NCBI RefSeq assembly: GCF_018350175.1 | Contig: NC_058368.1 | Coordinates: 227,666,001 to 227,730,000, forward strand | Direction: 5' to 3' | From: Felis catus | Lineage: Eukaryota | Length of the DNA stretch: 64,000 nt | In this document: one piece after another, positions 40,553 through 52,845 of the stretch | Layout of the letters: the number at the start of each line of letters is the position of its first letter | Position numbering within the stretch: the first letter of the stretch is position 1 | Program-made: the position numbers and the translations under genes | Notes under the pieces: generated by a model | Told to the model about the DNA's origin: nothing | What the model saw: only the letters and a program-made list of their open reading frames with translations | Databases searched by the model: none

Positions 40553-40604
<52 letters not shown>

Positions 40605-40685
40605 AAAGAGGGAGGGAAGGAAGGAAGGAGGAAGGAAGGAAAGAAGGAAGAAGGGAAGTAGAGTGGGGAGAAGGGAGAAGAGGGA
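40238..40685. repeat. Compound purine microsatellite (GGA/GGAGGAGGG)n-(GAAA)n-(GAAAAAGAAA)n-(GGAA)n
   Basis: ~450 nt of almost pure purine on the + strand. Confidence 0.95.
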
Positions 40686-40719
40686 ACAAGAACAGTGGCT
40701 ACCACTTATTAGTACTTAC

Positions 40720-40945
40720 AGTACTTACACTACTTACCAGGCACTACACGGGGCACCTAGTACGAAGTATCTCATTTATGTGATAAATCACTCCTCTCAA
40801 GCACATACTTTTAGTTCCACTTTACAGACAAGAAAACCAAGGAACAGAGAGGTGAAGTAACTTGCCTAAGATCGCACAGCACCAGGTAAGAGAGCTGGGG
40901 TTTTAACTCCCAGCAGCCTGGCTTGAGAGCTCGTGTTCTTAGGCA
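40720..40945 (-). mobile_element. MIR
   Basis: ccactttacagacaagaaaaccaaggaacagagaggtgaagtaacttgcctaagatcgcacagc, MIR core in reverse orientation. Confidence 0.75.
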
Positions 40946-41045
40946 CTATAAGGGTCACACAAAAGTCCTCCAAGGACTTGGGAGGGTATCGAAGGAGGAA
41001 GTCCTCCCGTCACCACCCCGTGGGCCGTGGGGCCCGGGCACTGAC

Positions 41046-41237
41046 CTTCTCAGCCTTCTGGTGGAAAATGGAGGACATGTCCAGCAAGGTGCTCCGCTCA
41101 TCCAGGGCTGCCGCAAATGCCTTCCACTCCTGCTCCAGCTGGTTCGCAATCTGCTTGATCTGCTGAGAGGCGTAGTGGCCAGACTCTACCAAGCGATTTG
41201 CCACCGACATTATGCGGTTTATGTTTACATACACGTT
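41046..41237 (-). CDS. TRIO: TRIO coding exon (~exon 7, 192 nt): NVYVNINRIMSVANRLVESGHYASQQIKQIANQLEQEWKAFAAALDERSTLLDMSSIFHQKAEK
   Basis: ORF 41010..41243; acceptor cttttgcag|AAC, donor AAG|gtcagt. Confidence 0.97.
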
Positions 41238-43584
41238 CTGCAAAAGGGGCAGAGAAAGAGGGCTCGTGAGGGAAGGCGGACAAGAAGCTTCCTTCTAAGA
41301 AACACAGAGGATGGCGCTTTCTGAAACACAGCCCACGAACTTCAGTTATATTTTGAACAGCAGAATCACCTGGTACAAAATAGTGTACATATTTGCTATC
41401 TGATTTCCATAAACTCTAAGCATTGGTTTCAATTTCTATTTTTAAAACTGCAAAATTACAAATCAACTAGCTGAGAGGCAGACTGTTAGGCACAAAGCAA
41501 CAGAGTACACAAGTGGGCGCACAAACATACTCTGACTCACTCGCTGGCTTCGAATCCTGAAAAGGGTCCAGATGGCAAGCCCACTGTGAAGCAGTCACCC
41601 AGAACCGACAAAACCCAACGCTGCAGGTTTTAACTAGAACCCAGAAACTACGCACGGATCAACCATGGGCTGTTGTTCTGTGTGGAAACAAGCTCGCCTG
41701 TCTACACGAGCTCCAGGCGCCTGTCGCTTTGGGGCCAATAGAGAACCTTCTGGAAACAGATCCACTTTCTCCACGGAAGAGGAACCGAGGCACGAAAGGA
41801 ACCACGCTGCGTGCACACCACCTTCAATCAAGCTTTTTTCTACTCCGTGAAGTGCCCATCTTCAAGCCTACCAGTTTACTGTGAGGCTGAAAAACACATA
41901 CCCCTTTCTCCCCAAATTAGTTCTCACTATGCTGTTCCCCTTTCCACCTTCAGTCATCCTTGAGGCTCCCATTCCAGGGAAGGCAGCAGTGGGGAGCGTG
42001 CACCTTCAGCAAACCCCAGCTGCAGTTAGTTCATCACAACGCTGCTCCTCTTAGAAGTTCCCCCAAACCTACCAAGACACCTCTTTCTTTGGCTCCTCCC
42101 TCCCTATCCAGCCGTGAAATCTGATCATCCAACCTATCCAGACCCCTCTCCATGTTTCTGGCCTCCCCTCCCCTCCCCTCTCGAGTGGTCCTCTGGGCCA
42201 CTGTCCCTCTGCCACACCCCCTGCAGCAGCCTCCTCACTGCCACCTGGTCTGCAGCCCACCCAGTGAGCACCCTGAAGAATGCACCTGTGCACCTGTCCG
42301 TTCTTTCCCTCCATTTTCACCCAAATCTGAACTAGGTAGGGTACTCTAGGATCAGACTCCAGCCACAGACTCCAGCCTCTGAGTTCCTTTTCCGGGCACA
42401 TCTGCAGGCTAGAATCAGCTAACAGATGTGCAGGGAGAGAGGGCACCTGCAGAGCTGCGACAGTCAGCCAAGGTCACAGTCTGTGGGAAACAGTCCTCGC
42501 CGGCTCTTATGGCAATAATGCTCTGACCAGCATCCTTTAGTCAAAACTAGTGGCTCCCCTTCTCACAGGTGTTCCGTCTCTCTAGTTGCGGGCCATTCTG
42601 GAAACACGCGTGATATCCAAAGGGCTTGCATAGCGAAGTGGATTTTAAGAGCCGCTGGCTCAGTTGGGATCGTGTGACATCTGGGGTCACGAACTACTTG
42701 TATTGCGAGACGTCGCTCGTTTATCGAGTTAAAACTTGTGAGAAACGTTTGCTCGTCTTGCGGAACACTCACAGAACAAGTTACTCCCGATCCAAGGTTT
42801 TACTGTAAATGCTAATTTTTGCTTTGTTTGTATCGTTAAAGAGGTAATCAACCCCAAAGGCCTGCGGGAAGAGAATGAGCAGCTGCCCTCTGCTGGAGTC
42901 CAGAGCAGAGCTCCCCATTCGGATGGCCCCGCCATGGGAACCTGAGGGTATTCACTCCCACCGAGATGGCGTCCTGTGTCCTGTGTCACCCTTCCGTATC
43001 CTCAAGCAGACTGCACTCTGCGTAGGGAGTGCCGGTCTGCGGATCACGGATCAGACCCTTCCCATCGCTGCATCACTGGCAACACAGAAAAAGGAACGTG
43101 GTGGCACGCAGTCCAAGAAACTCCCTCTGCGCAAATACGGCAATGTAGAATTCCCTGCGTCACGGTACCTGCCGCTAGTTCTTACTGTCACAGCTGTTAA
43201 AAGTCCGTGACACACAATGAGCCCAACCAACTGTTGGCGTCCCTTCATACGCTTTCTTTAGAGACTATCGACCGTGCATATTGATGACCAGCATTTTCAT
43301 TTTGTCAAAAAATGTTTAACACACTGCTGGTAGCACAAGAAGTTACCAGGCCCTTGCTCTGCACCACTAAATGCCACTAAATGCCCCAGACAGGCACCAA
43401 GCACTCACAGTACTGCGGCGGGCCAGGGGCAGGACACGGCCTGGAACCGGCTGCCACCCAGCATGGCACACAGTTACCCTGCTCTTTTTTAACAAAAATC
43501 TCAACTTAGCAAAGTGATATGAGTTTATTGTAAAGAATCAGAAAATAGACCTAAAAAAAGATATCATTCATACTTTTAAGAGTT

Positions 43585-43948
43585 TTTAATTTTTTTTTTT
43601 TAAAGAGAGCACATAAGCATGGGAAAGGAACGGGGAGGGGGAGGGGGAGAGGGAGAGGGGAAGAGAGGGGAGAAGAGAGGGAGAGGGGAAGAGAGGGAGA
43701 GGGAGGGAGGGAGGGAGAGGGGGAGGGAGGGAGAGGGAGAGGGAGGGAGGGAGAGGGGGAGGGAGGGAGAGGGGGAGGGGGAGGGGGAGGGGGAGGGGGA
43801 GGGGGAGGGGGAGAGGGAGAGGGAGAGAATCTTAAGCAGGCTCCACACCCAGCACGGAGCCTGACACAGTCCCTCGACCCTGGGATCATGACTTAAGCCA
43901 AAATCAAGAGTCAGACGCTCAACTGACTGAGCCACTCAGGTGCTCCCC
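43585..43948 (-). mobile_element. CAN-SINE with greatly expanded internal (GGGAGA/GGGGGA)n tract
   Basis: T tail, ~200 nt G/A tract, gagaatcttaagcaggctcc...gactgagccactcaggtgctcccc. Confidence 0.92.
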
Positions 43949-45483
43949 AAAGTTTAACAGTGCTTTTAATTGGTGATAACGCGACTGCTAATAATCACCA
44001 TTTATCAAGTACTTACTTACTATGTGTTCAGCATTATCTTAGTATTTTACAGATAGAGAGGAAATAAAATAACAGAACTCCAGGGAAGGCAGCTATAATC
44101 CCCACTTTACAGATGAGAAACTCTGCATTCCCGCCCCACACTGCTGCCTTCCACACCACGCTCACATCTTCTCGATCCTAAATGTGCCACTAATAATGGT
44201 GGGTGGGGTGAGAAGACATTGTGTGTCCTCGTTTGTTTGAAGTATATGTTAGCATTTCTTGTTTTTAAAGCATGTGATACAGTGGATTGCATGCCTACTG
44301 CCTGTAGCTGCAGGGTCAGAATGGTCTGAAAACCTGATAAAAATTTCTTGGGAAGATATTCTAAATAGCTTCCTCCAAAGGTAACATTTTGGCTCTCCTC
44401 ATCTATGCCCAGGTTTGATCATTTAAACCAGAAATTCTCTTACCTCAAACCCTAGAAAAGATATCAAACTTTTCTGATGGTATCTACTACAAAAATTTTA
44501 TTGCTAAATGTTATCTTTGAAACTACCTAAATTGGAGCATTTAGTTGACCAAACTTCAATTAAGTGGTATCTTAATTAATAAAAAAAAGCCCATCTTTAT
44601 ATTGCTTCAGTGCTCTGTAAAAAAAAAAAAAAGAAAAAAAAAAAAGCTATAAGGTCCACGAGTGGTTAATTCTCACAGACTGGCTCAAAGTCCAAACCAA
44701 AACTCTTTATCCCTGAAAAGAAAATTTCTAGAAGCTTAACTGTCTATAGAAAGAACATATATGCTATAGGATATAGAATATATATGCTATAGAATATATT
44801 CTATAGAATATAGAATATTTTCGTTATAGGAACTCCAAAAATGTAACAAAAGTGCTACTTAAAATTCATTGGTCTTCTGTTTTGCTTAATAGTCCTACAA
44901 CAACCCCCCATCTGGTCACGACAGGCCACGGGAATCGGGGGCATCAACCCCAAACAGAGCCAGGGAGCTCCAGGCACGGCTCATGTCCGGACCCCACTAC
45001 TTCAGTTCAGCTTGGAAGGAAACGTCACGTTTCAGGAGAACTGGAGTGCGCCCCGAGGCAGACAGCAGGCAGGCTGGCTTACTTCTTCCTCGGGAAGGGC
45101 AGCCAGCACAGTGACAGTGGCTCTCGGGAGAGTCACGTGGTCACTGAGGAGCCTTTCTGGGGCCCCTGTAGGCTCCTAAGAGGGCAGCACACGAGCTAGC
45201 AGCAAAATCATCCGTGTTGAACTGGCCAAGTAACCAGTTCGAGTTTTACCGGTTTGTTTGCTTGTTTTCACATTTTTGCTCATTTAAAACTTAAAAGACG
45301 CCGTGGATACCACCAACACTGAGAACTTCCCACACTTGGAGGTCAGCTGCGACCACCGAATCGGTAGCTCCAAAGGCCCCGCACGGCCTCCTGGCAGTGC
45401 ACTGGGACACCATCTGTGTAAACACCGCCCGTCTGCTAAAATACTCGCACACACAAGCTACATCTGCTCTGACAGCGTCTTAC

Positions 45484-45606
45484 CATACAGTTCATGGCAA
45501 AGTGGTTGTGCTGTGTCTGGAGCTCCATTGCGTGAGGATGGCTGGTCCCAATCTCGGTGTAGCTGTTCAGAAACAGGCCCTTGTTGTGTGTGATCCAGTC
45601 AAACAT
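45484..45606 (-). CDS. TRIO: TRIO coding exon (~exon 6, 123 nt): MFDWITHNKGLFLNSYTEIGTSHPHAMELQTQHNHFAMNCM
   Basis: Translated by hand (absent from ORF track); poly-T tract then cattctggtag|ATG, donor ATG|gtaaga; spectrin-repeat Trp motif. Confidence 0.96.
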
Positions 45607-47089
45607 CTACCAGAATGAAAAAAAAAAAAAAAAACCTGAAATCACTCCAGAAGAGAAGCGACTGGCACAGGCCCAGGAGCAGGACCAAGGCAATCAAGGG
45701 CAGTGTCATTCCTCTGATAACCTCTCGGAGATTTGGGTCCAAAAGATCCTTGACTTCTACAAAGTAAGCAGTTCTGAACCTGCAGGGTCTATGAGAAAAT
45801 CTTATGTCTACTGCGTTCCTTTGACGAGGATGTAAGAAGCAGATGCTACTCTTTAAGGAGGTATTCAAATCCCTCAGGCTGATGAAAGCACTGCTCTTCA
45901 ATTAAAGACCTGTTGGGTGAAATTAGGGACTTACAGGTATGTGGACCAGTTTTGCGATGCCCACAGATTACTGACAGCAATTCCAGCGACTACACGATCA
46001 TATGCGCTTTAGTGCAAACAGTATTTTAAAAGCTGTGCAAATGCAAACAATGAAATCTGTCATAAAAATAAAAAGGACTGGGGAAAAAAATTTAATGATG
46101 ACATCCCTCTCAAGGGTCAATACAGATACTACCTGGAAAAGGATGACAATTATGCTGTTTACAAGGAAAACCTTTAAGGAAAAAGGAGTAACTATCAATT
46201 AGTCCTGGTATCATGACTTGAACCAGAAGCCCAGACAGTCACCTGTTTTTCTAGTAATTGAAAGGAAGATTTTCTAGCATCTTTGACAAGGCACTTCTTT
46301 AAACAGAAGTACATTGACAGATATATTAAACGCTTGCCAAACAACGGTAGTGGCTTGTCACTGTTTGAAACAAAGGTTTGTGATACCGTTTTTTTGTTTT
46401 TGGTTTTTGCTTTAAAAATATTCTCCTGTCCATGAAAAAAATTCAATGGGCTCAAATTAAGACAGATCAGTTCACTCATATTCATGGCTTACAACACAGT
46501 CCTATAAATGTTTCCACATTGCTAAGACTGAGCCTGTAACACAAACACTTGCTTGGACGGGTTATTTTGTCTGGAGCACAAGAATAAAAGGAGACCGTCA
46601 GTAATCACTGCCCATATTTCCCAGAAGCCATTATTTTTAACACATTATTCATCTTTTATTTTAAAAACATATTCAGTGATAGATCTGAACGGTGTTCTGT
46701 CACTACCTAGAGAGGAGTGAAGAGCAGTTATTAGCAAAACACGTACACAATTATCGCTGTCAATAACATAATTCTATAAAATGTTCACTCTTTTAACTCA
46801 AGATACCATTCTCATTCATCCTACGGTTATCCTAAAGCAAACTGCCAGTAATTAATAACTCAGAGTTCCTAAAATAGCACTGGCCCGCCCAAGGAGGAAA
46901 ACAGGGAGGGAGACTTAGGGCGGATCTCTGAAGTGACACTTGGCGAGTTCTGAAACAACGCCGTGAGAGTGGCTTACCCTTCCTTGGCCCTTTCTCCCGA
47001 CCAAGGCGGCCCTGGCTGCCGGGCCCCAGTGAGCCATGAGGCCTCCCCCTCCAGGCCTCATTTTAGCTTCCCTCTCCCTGCTCCTTTAC

Positions 47090-47602
47090 CTTCTCGGCAT
47101 CCTGTTCAAACAGCCTCAGCTGAAAGCACTGGTCCAGCTTCAGCTTCCTCACGTGCCACATCTGATGCAGGTGCTGCCGAGTTGAGTGCAGCCGGTCCAA
47201 CATGGCAGACACCTTGGGTAGGAGGCTCTGCAGGTCCGCGTTGCCAGAGCCGGAGTTCTTTTTGGGAAAGCTGTCACTGCTCTGAATCCTCTGCAGCAGC
47301 TTCTGTCCCTCTAAATCCAAGTCTTCTATGGGGGCTTTAATCACCTTCTTCTTCAGCTGCGAATGCTCCTCGATCATATTCCGAGCCCCCTCTAAATCCT
47401 GAGGCAATTCCTTCTTGGCCAGGATGTCCTGAAGTTCCTCCAGCCGAGACAGCATGTGGGTCGCATTGCTAATGTAGTCTTCAAAAGCAACTCTGATTTC
47501 AATCCATTCTTCATGGTTGTACTCCAAGCAGCCATCAAACTCGGGGGTGAGCTGAGAAGGATCAACTACTTTGGTAAGGCCTTCTAAAGAGACCATATTT
47601 GT
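47090..47602 (-). CDS. TRIO: TRIO coding exon (~exon 5, 513 nt): TNMVSLEGLTKVVDPSQLTPEFDG...CFQLRLFEQDAEK (end of SEC14, spectrin repeat)
   Basis: ORF 47063..47623; acceptor cctcttaag|ACA, donor AAG|gtaaag; phase 0-0. Confidence 0.97.
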
Positions 47603-50079
47603 CTTAAGAGGAAAAAAAATCATGTATGAGAAGATAAACCAAGTCTACGTGGCCTTATCATAATGCAACCTGCAATACTTACTCAGAGATTTTCAAACTT
47701 AATCTATAGAAAACATACCTTGTTCTGGCCCCATAAAAAATAAATGTAGATGAAAGAAACATTACCAGTATAGTCAGTGAAAGATAAATCTAGTAGAGCA
47801 ACACGTTAGTCAGAACTCCGAAAATTACAGGATATGTATTTCAGGAGAGCTAAAGAGCCTGGATTTCTTTCCAAGAATGTGGAAATTAACCCACTATCTT
47901 AGGCACAATTACCAGGAAATGTCTTAAATTGCAAAACAGAGCAGAGGATTTACCAATTTTACTTCATCAATGCACTCTTTCTCATGCACACCACTCTACC
48001 ACCTCACTCCCAACAGAAAACACCGTAGAGGCCTCCTCCTATCTACCATCAAGCTAATGTCCTCCCTCTCAGGACAATGATTTGTGAGCTGGTCATTAAA
48101 TGATAAACAGCGCTCCCACCGGACCACCATTACCACTCCCCCTGTCCTAACTTCACCTCCCATCACATAGTGGATGCTAGGATATGAACGGCTTTTTTAA
48201 ATTTTACAGAATATACAGAAGTAGCCAGAAAGGGGGCGGAAACTCCTGTCACAAAGCTAAAGACAGAGGGAGAGTTTCATTCATTGCAATGATCTGCCAC
48301 AGTTCTTAGTATAAGCGTTGCACTTTCCAATCTAACAGTGACGAAGTTTTCGTCCTTTACAATCTAAGCAAAAATCAGATTAACCTCACCCGACCTATAC
48401 CACATGCTGCTGCAGGGTTACTACCAATACTGTGCCTCAAGGGAAACACAGGGAGTGGGAGAGGAGTCATGAAATGCAAAGACAAAGTGAAAGGAAAAAA
48501 AGATTTGTGGCCTAGAAGCAAAAAACAAAACAGAGAAAGGCTGGTTTAGCCCCACCTCTGTCACCTCCAGCCTTAGAGAGACTTAGGATTGCATCGACTC
48601 CAGGATGGCGGGCCTGAGAACCTGCAAAGAGCAACAAACTGAGCTCGAAAGACGGGCTGCTCCCAGCCCAGCGTGCTGGCCTGCAGTTGACTGTAGGTTC
48701 ATTCCTGTCTCATTTGCTCAGACTTTTAATAACACCCACGGATCTAATCACTTCACAGAGAGAGGCCAAGGCTGGTAACAATGTAGAGACAATAAGCTCA
48801 GTAGAAAAGCCGGTACAGGTAACTTTAAAGGCCCAGAAGGAGAGATCAAAATTAGACCAGCAAAAACGTGCACGCATTATATTGCTAAACCGTTATTTCT
48901 GCTTAAAACGTGTGTAATTAAAGACAACCCGCTTTAAATTCTGTGTTAAGAAAATAATAAGACCCAATCAACTGTCATCCAAAATCACTCTTTACCGTGT
49001 GAAAATAAGGGCTTACTGGTTTCATCTTTTACCTAAATTTCTTGAATGTAGTTTCAAATTAAAACTAAACTCAGATATCAGATTGAAAATCAGTACCACG
49101 GAAGATTTTAAAATGTAAGTAACACCCGTGTGAAAACACTTTGAGAAGTTAACAGGTAACATAAAGCTTGAGAATTAATACTGTGTGATGTGCTTAATAC
49201 TACTGTTGTTGTTTACCTTGTCGACACACATGAATACATCACTAAAACCTACTGTCTGGGCAAAGGTGCTAAGAGAAGCAATCTATTCAACCAAAAATCA
49301 TTACATCTTATTAGAAAACACTCTATTACAGAACAGGGCATGAATCAATTTTCAAGCTGGCCAGAATACTTTCTTCCCATAACCATTTCATTACACAAAC
49401 TGCACCAAAGCCTTGTCAGGGCCTTGGTAGCTGAAGGAGAGGTGTCAATGGGAAGGGAAGTTAAGTTAGCAGCAGGCTGAGGCTTTTGTTTTGTGCACCG
49501 TCTGGGAGACCGCGACCTTATGCGCGGTTGAATTTGGCACTCGGTGTCATTTTTAGAGGACTATCTCCCTTCTCATAAATGAGAGAGCTGATATATGAAA
49601 TACCTAACAGATCACTCTCTCCATTTAGCAAGGACAAGGTAAAAACTCCATTTCTTCCGGACGTGTGAAGCTAGGAATGTCTCCACGATGTTCCCTTATT
49701 TCTAAGATGGAGGCAAGGATAACGAATCTGAGGCCACACAGAGCCACCAGGACTGGAAGGTAAAGCTATTTTATCAGGCGAAAAGGGAACCTTGTCCTAT
49801 GCTACACACCCTGTACCTCAGCAGCCCCACCACCCAAAACCAAGAGGACTGGAGCCTGTATCTCCCTCGGGAAAAATAATCCAGTAGGATAACGGGATAA
49901 ACGAACCCATTTTTGTTCTTTTACGCAATAACTAATTTTACATGCCACATGTAACAAGATGTGCAGCTCCCATTTAATATGTGGCTTTAAAAATCTGATA
50001 TCTAAAATGAGGAGGAAAAGTCCACTTTCAAGAAACCACACCTATTGGTTTAATTGGTCTGGCTACACATGGAAGTTAC

Positions 50080-50272
50080 CTCAAATTCAAATTTAGAACT
50101 GCCAAAATTAGTCCTCTGTTTCTGCCAAAAGTTGTCTGGCTTGATTATCAGGGCAACATGGATGCAACAGGGAAAGGACTCCTGCAGTATCTTCAGAAGA
50201 GGCTTAATGGAGTCCCACTTGGACCCACGCATGTCCACGATCACCGTGAATCCTCGCTTGCAGACTTCTTCA
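50080..50272 (-). CDS. TRIO: TRIO coding exon (~exon 4, 193 nt): (S)EEVCKRGFTVIVDMRGSKWDSIKPLLKILQESFPCCIHVALIIKPDNFWQKQRTNFGSSKFEFE
   Basis: ORF 50050..50244; acceptor ctctctag|T, donor GAG|gtaact; SEC14 domain motif. Confidence 0.97.
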
Positions 50273-51364
50273 CTAGAGAGAAAGAAAAAATAGATTTAAG
50301 CCACGCGACCCTTTCTCTGAGTCCCACCAGGTGAGGCTGACTCCTGTCTGTGGGGCTCCGTATAGTCAGGTGGGCTGGTGGGGAGGGAATTTCTCGTCTT
50401 TTGTGTATTAAGTGATCGCACCCATTGTCTAGTAACTATTACAGCAAAGGTCTCTGGTGAGCACCAGTGGGGACAGACCCCTGACAGGTGCACAGAGCCC
50501 AGGTGGGGAAGGTCACAGATCAAAGAACAGCAGTCGCAAGAGCCTCCCAGGTACGGAAACCACCCATCCCAGTGCACTGGAACTTTCCAATGTCCCATTT
50601 TGTCCCCTTTCACTGGCTCAGGCCTCTGAGCTATCTCGGAGGTTCCCTGAGGGTCCTTGGCACCCTTCTGGTGGGGTTTTGGTGGTAAACAGATTTTCAT
50701 GGTGATACTGAGACTTATTTGTCTTTTTCACCGGGTTGCAGCAGTGACATACCAGCCCTCAGCACGCCCCTCCGCATTCTGGCAAGTTTAAACAAACAAA
50801 AAAGCCAGTTGCTCATAATTATTAGTAGCTCTATTAAATCTCAACCCCTGGGTACATGGGAAATATATGTAATGCACTTCTGTAATAAAGAATATCCAGA
50901 GTTAAATCGCCCTTGAAGATAGGTTACAAATCCTCAGTCACACTCGGTGAGAACTCCGGTGTTCATGCAGAAGCTCTCCAGAGACTTCGGAGCAGGCTAA
51001 CCCTTGCGGAAGGGCCGTCATCCTAGCTGTCTTGTGGTGGACACACGCAGTCCGTGCAGGCGGCTGATCCCGGTCAGACATGAGCCAGATTGTGACCGCC
51101 GCTGAGGTCACCTGGAATCACACCTACGACCCCAACTGCGCGGTGACTAACTTGGGTTTTCACCCAACGTGAACGTACGGGCCTACAGGAAAGACACCTG
51201 ACATTTCCCTGTCTCGGGTAATCACCTGAGAAACTAGTAACCATTTACAGTTATAAATTCATACAGTTACAGTTCATAAATTAAAACTCAAGAGAACTAA
51301 TTGCTACCATTTACGTGAAGTTAAAAAGCGAAAATAAATTAAGTCAAAACTAAAACCAATTGCT

Positions 51365-51562
51365 GGGCTGCCTGGGTGGCTCAGGCGGCTGGGCGTCTGA
51401 CTCTTGATACTGGTTCAGGTCATGATCCCAGGGTCGTGGGATCGAGCCCCGAGTCGGGCTCCATGCTGAGCGTGGAGCCTGCTTCACACTCTCTCTCGCC
51501 CTCTGCCCCTCTCCCCTGCTTGCGCTCTCTCTCAAACAAACAAACAAACAAACAAACAAAAA
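51365..51562 (+). mobile_element. CAN-SINE with (CAAA)n tail
   Basis: gggctgcctgggtggctcagg...gagcctgcttc...caaacaaacaaac. Confidence 0.92.
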
Positions 51563-52611
51563 AACCAGTTTCATGTTCTACTGCATAAGTTCATCCTCTA
51601 CCTTCCCCTCCCCCTCCCCACATGAACGCGTGCGTATAGACACCATTCCTTATCTTGATGCATCAGAGTAGCCGTTGTTCCCAATTTCACAGATGCAAAG
51701 TTCCTGTCACAGCTACATCCATGTAACAGGCGTGTCACAAAACATTCCAAACAGTCTGTGGAGACAGACCCTGCGTGGGTGGTGGCACAGGCCCCAGAAA
51801 CATGGTGTGGAAATCCACCAAGAGATGACAAGGCTGATCAGCGGCCTAGCTTCTCACTCAGAGGTGGAAACTGCTAGGAATGCTTTGATGCACTTCCGTC
51901 TACAACTGCACGTGAATAAAAACTCCTAATGAGTTAACACTCGGCTCACACGACCCTCCTGGTATCATGTCTCCCTGTCTCGAGTAGGTCCCGGGCCACA
52001 AACGAGAGAACAGCACAGGCCTCCTTCACAAATCCTAGAAGCAAACGGGGCTTCCAGAAATGTCTCCCAAAATCTCCCAAGTCACCGGGAGCATTCCGGA
52101 CTTCTTCGGGCTCTGCCTGAGCAGAGGGAGCCTGCCCCAGCGGGACGTCCCACTGCGGACACTCTACCTGCAGCCACACAACAAAGGAGGGCGACTGTGC
52201 AGTGCAGCCGGGCCCTTCGGGCCTCAGTGGGTGCCGTCTGCCGGGCTGCACTCGGGGCATCGGCCCTCACCACATCAGGGCCAGTTCTCCGGCAGCCTGT
52301 GCCTCTCCTCACAGAGCGCTACGCAGCGTGCACAGAAAACCGCACCCTCCGCTTGAAAGGGGCTGAAAGGGAATCCGGAATAACTCCAGGCTCAACGACA
52401 GGAACAAGTCAGGGAACACCACAACCAGAAGATACTTGAGCTGGCCCAGTTTACAAAAGGACTCACTATCCACCCTCCTCCACAATAAACCAACCACATA
52501 GTGGCTTTTCAAGTAATGAAACAGCACGTGAACTGGGCTGGGAGTGCACATCCTTACAATCTGTCTCTTTACCCAGTTAAAAGCCAGTCCTTATTAAGAA
52601 AGCAGTGACTT

Positions 52612-52845
52612 GTGGAGCACCCGGGTGGCTCAGTCAGTTGAACATCTGACTCTTGTTCTTGGCTCAGGTCATGATCTCACGGTTCCTGAGATCGAGCCCC
52701 GCATCGGACTCCACGTCTCCAGTGGAGAGCCTGCCTGGAATTCTCTCTCTCCCTCTCTCTCTGCCTCTCCCCCACTCGTTCTCTCTTCTCTCTCAAAACA
52801 AACAAACATGGAGAGAAAAAAAAAAAAAAAGGAAAAAAAGAAAGG
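52612..52845 (+). mobile_element. CAN-SINE
   Basis: ggagcacccgggtggctcagtcagttgaac...A-rich tail. Confidence 0.92.

Noticed and set aside
40214..40860. 155-210-aa K/R/E- and F/L/S-rich ORFs
   Set aside because: Translations of the (GAAA)n/(GGA)n microsatellite
43551..43935. Pro-rich and Gly/Glu-rich ORFs
   Set aside because: Arise from the expanded repeat inside a SINE
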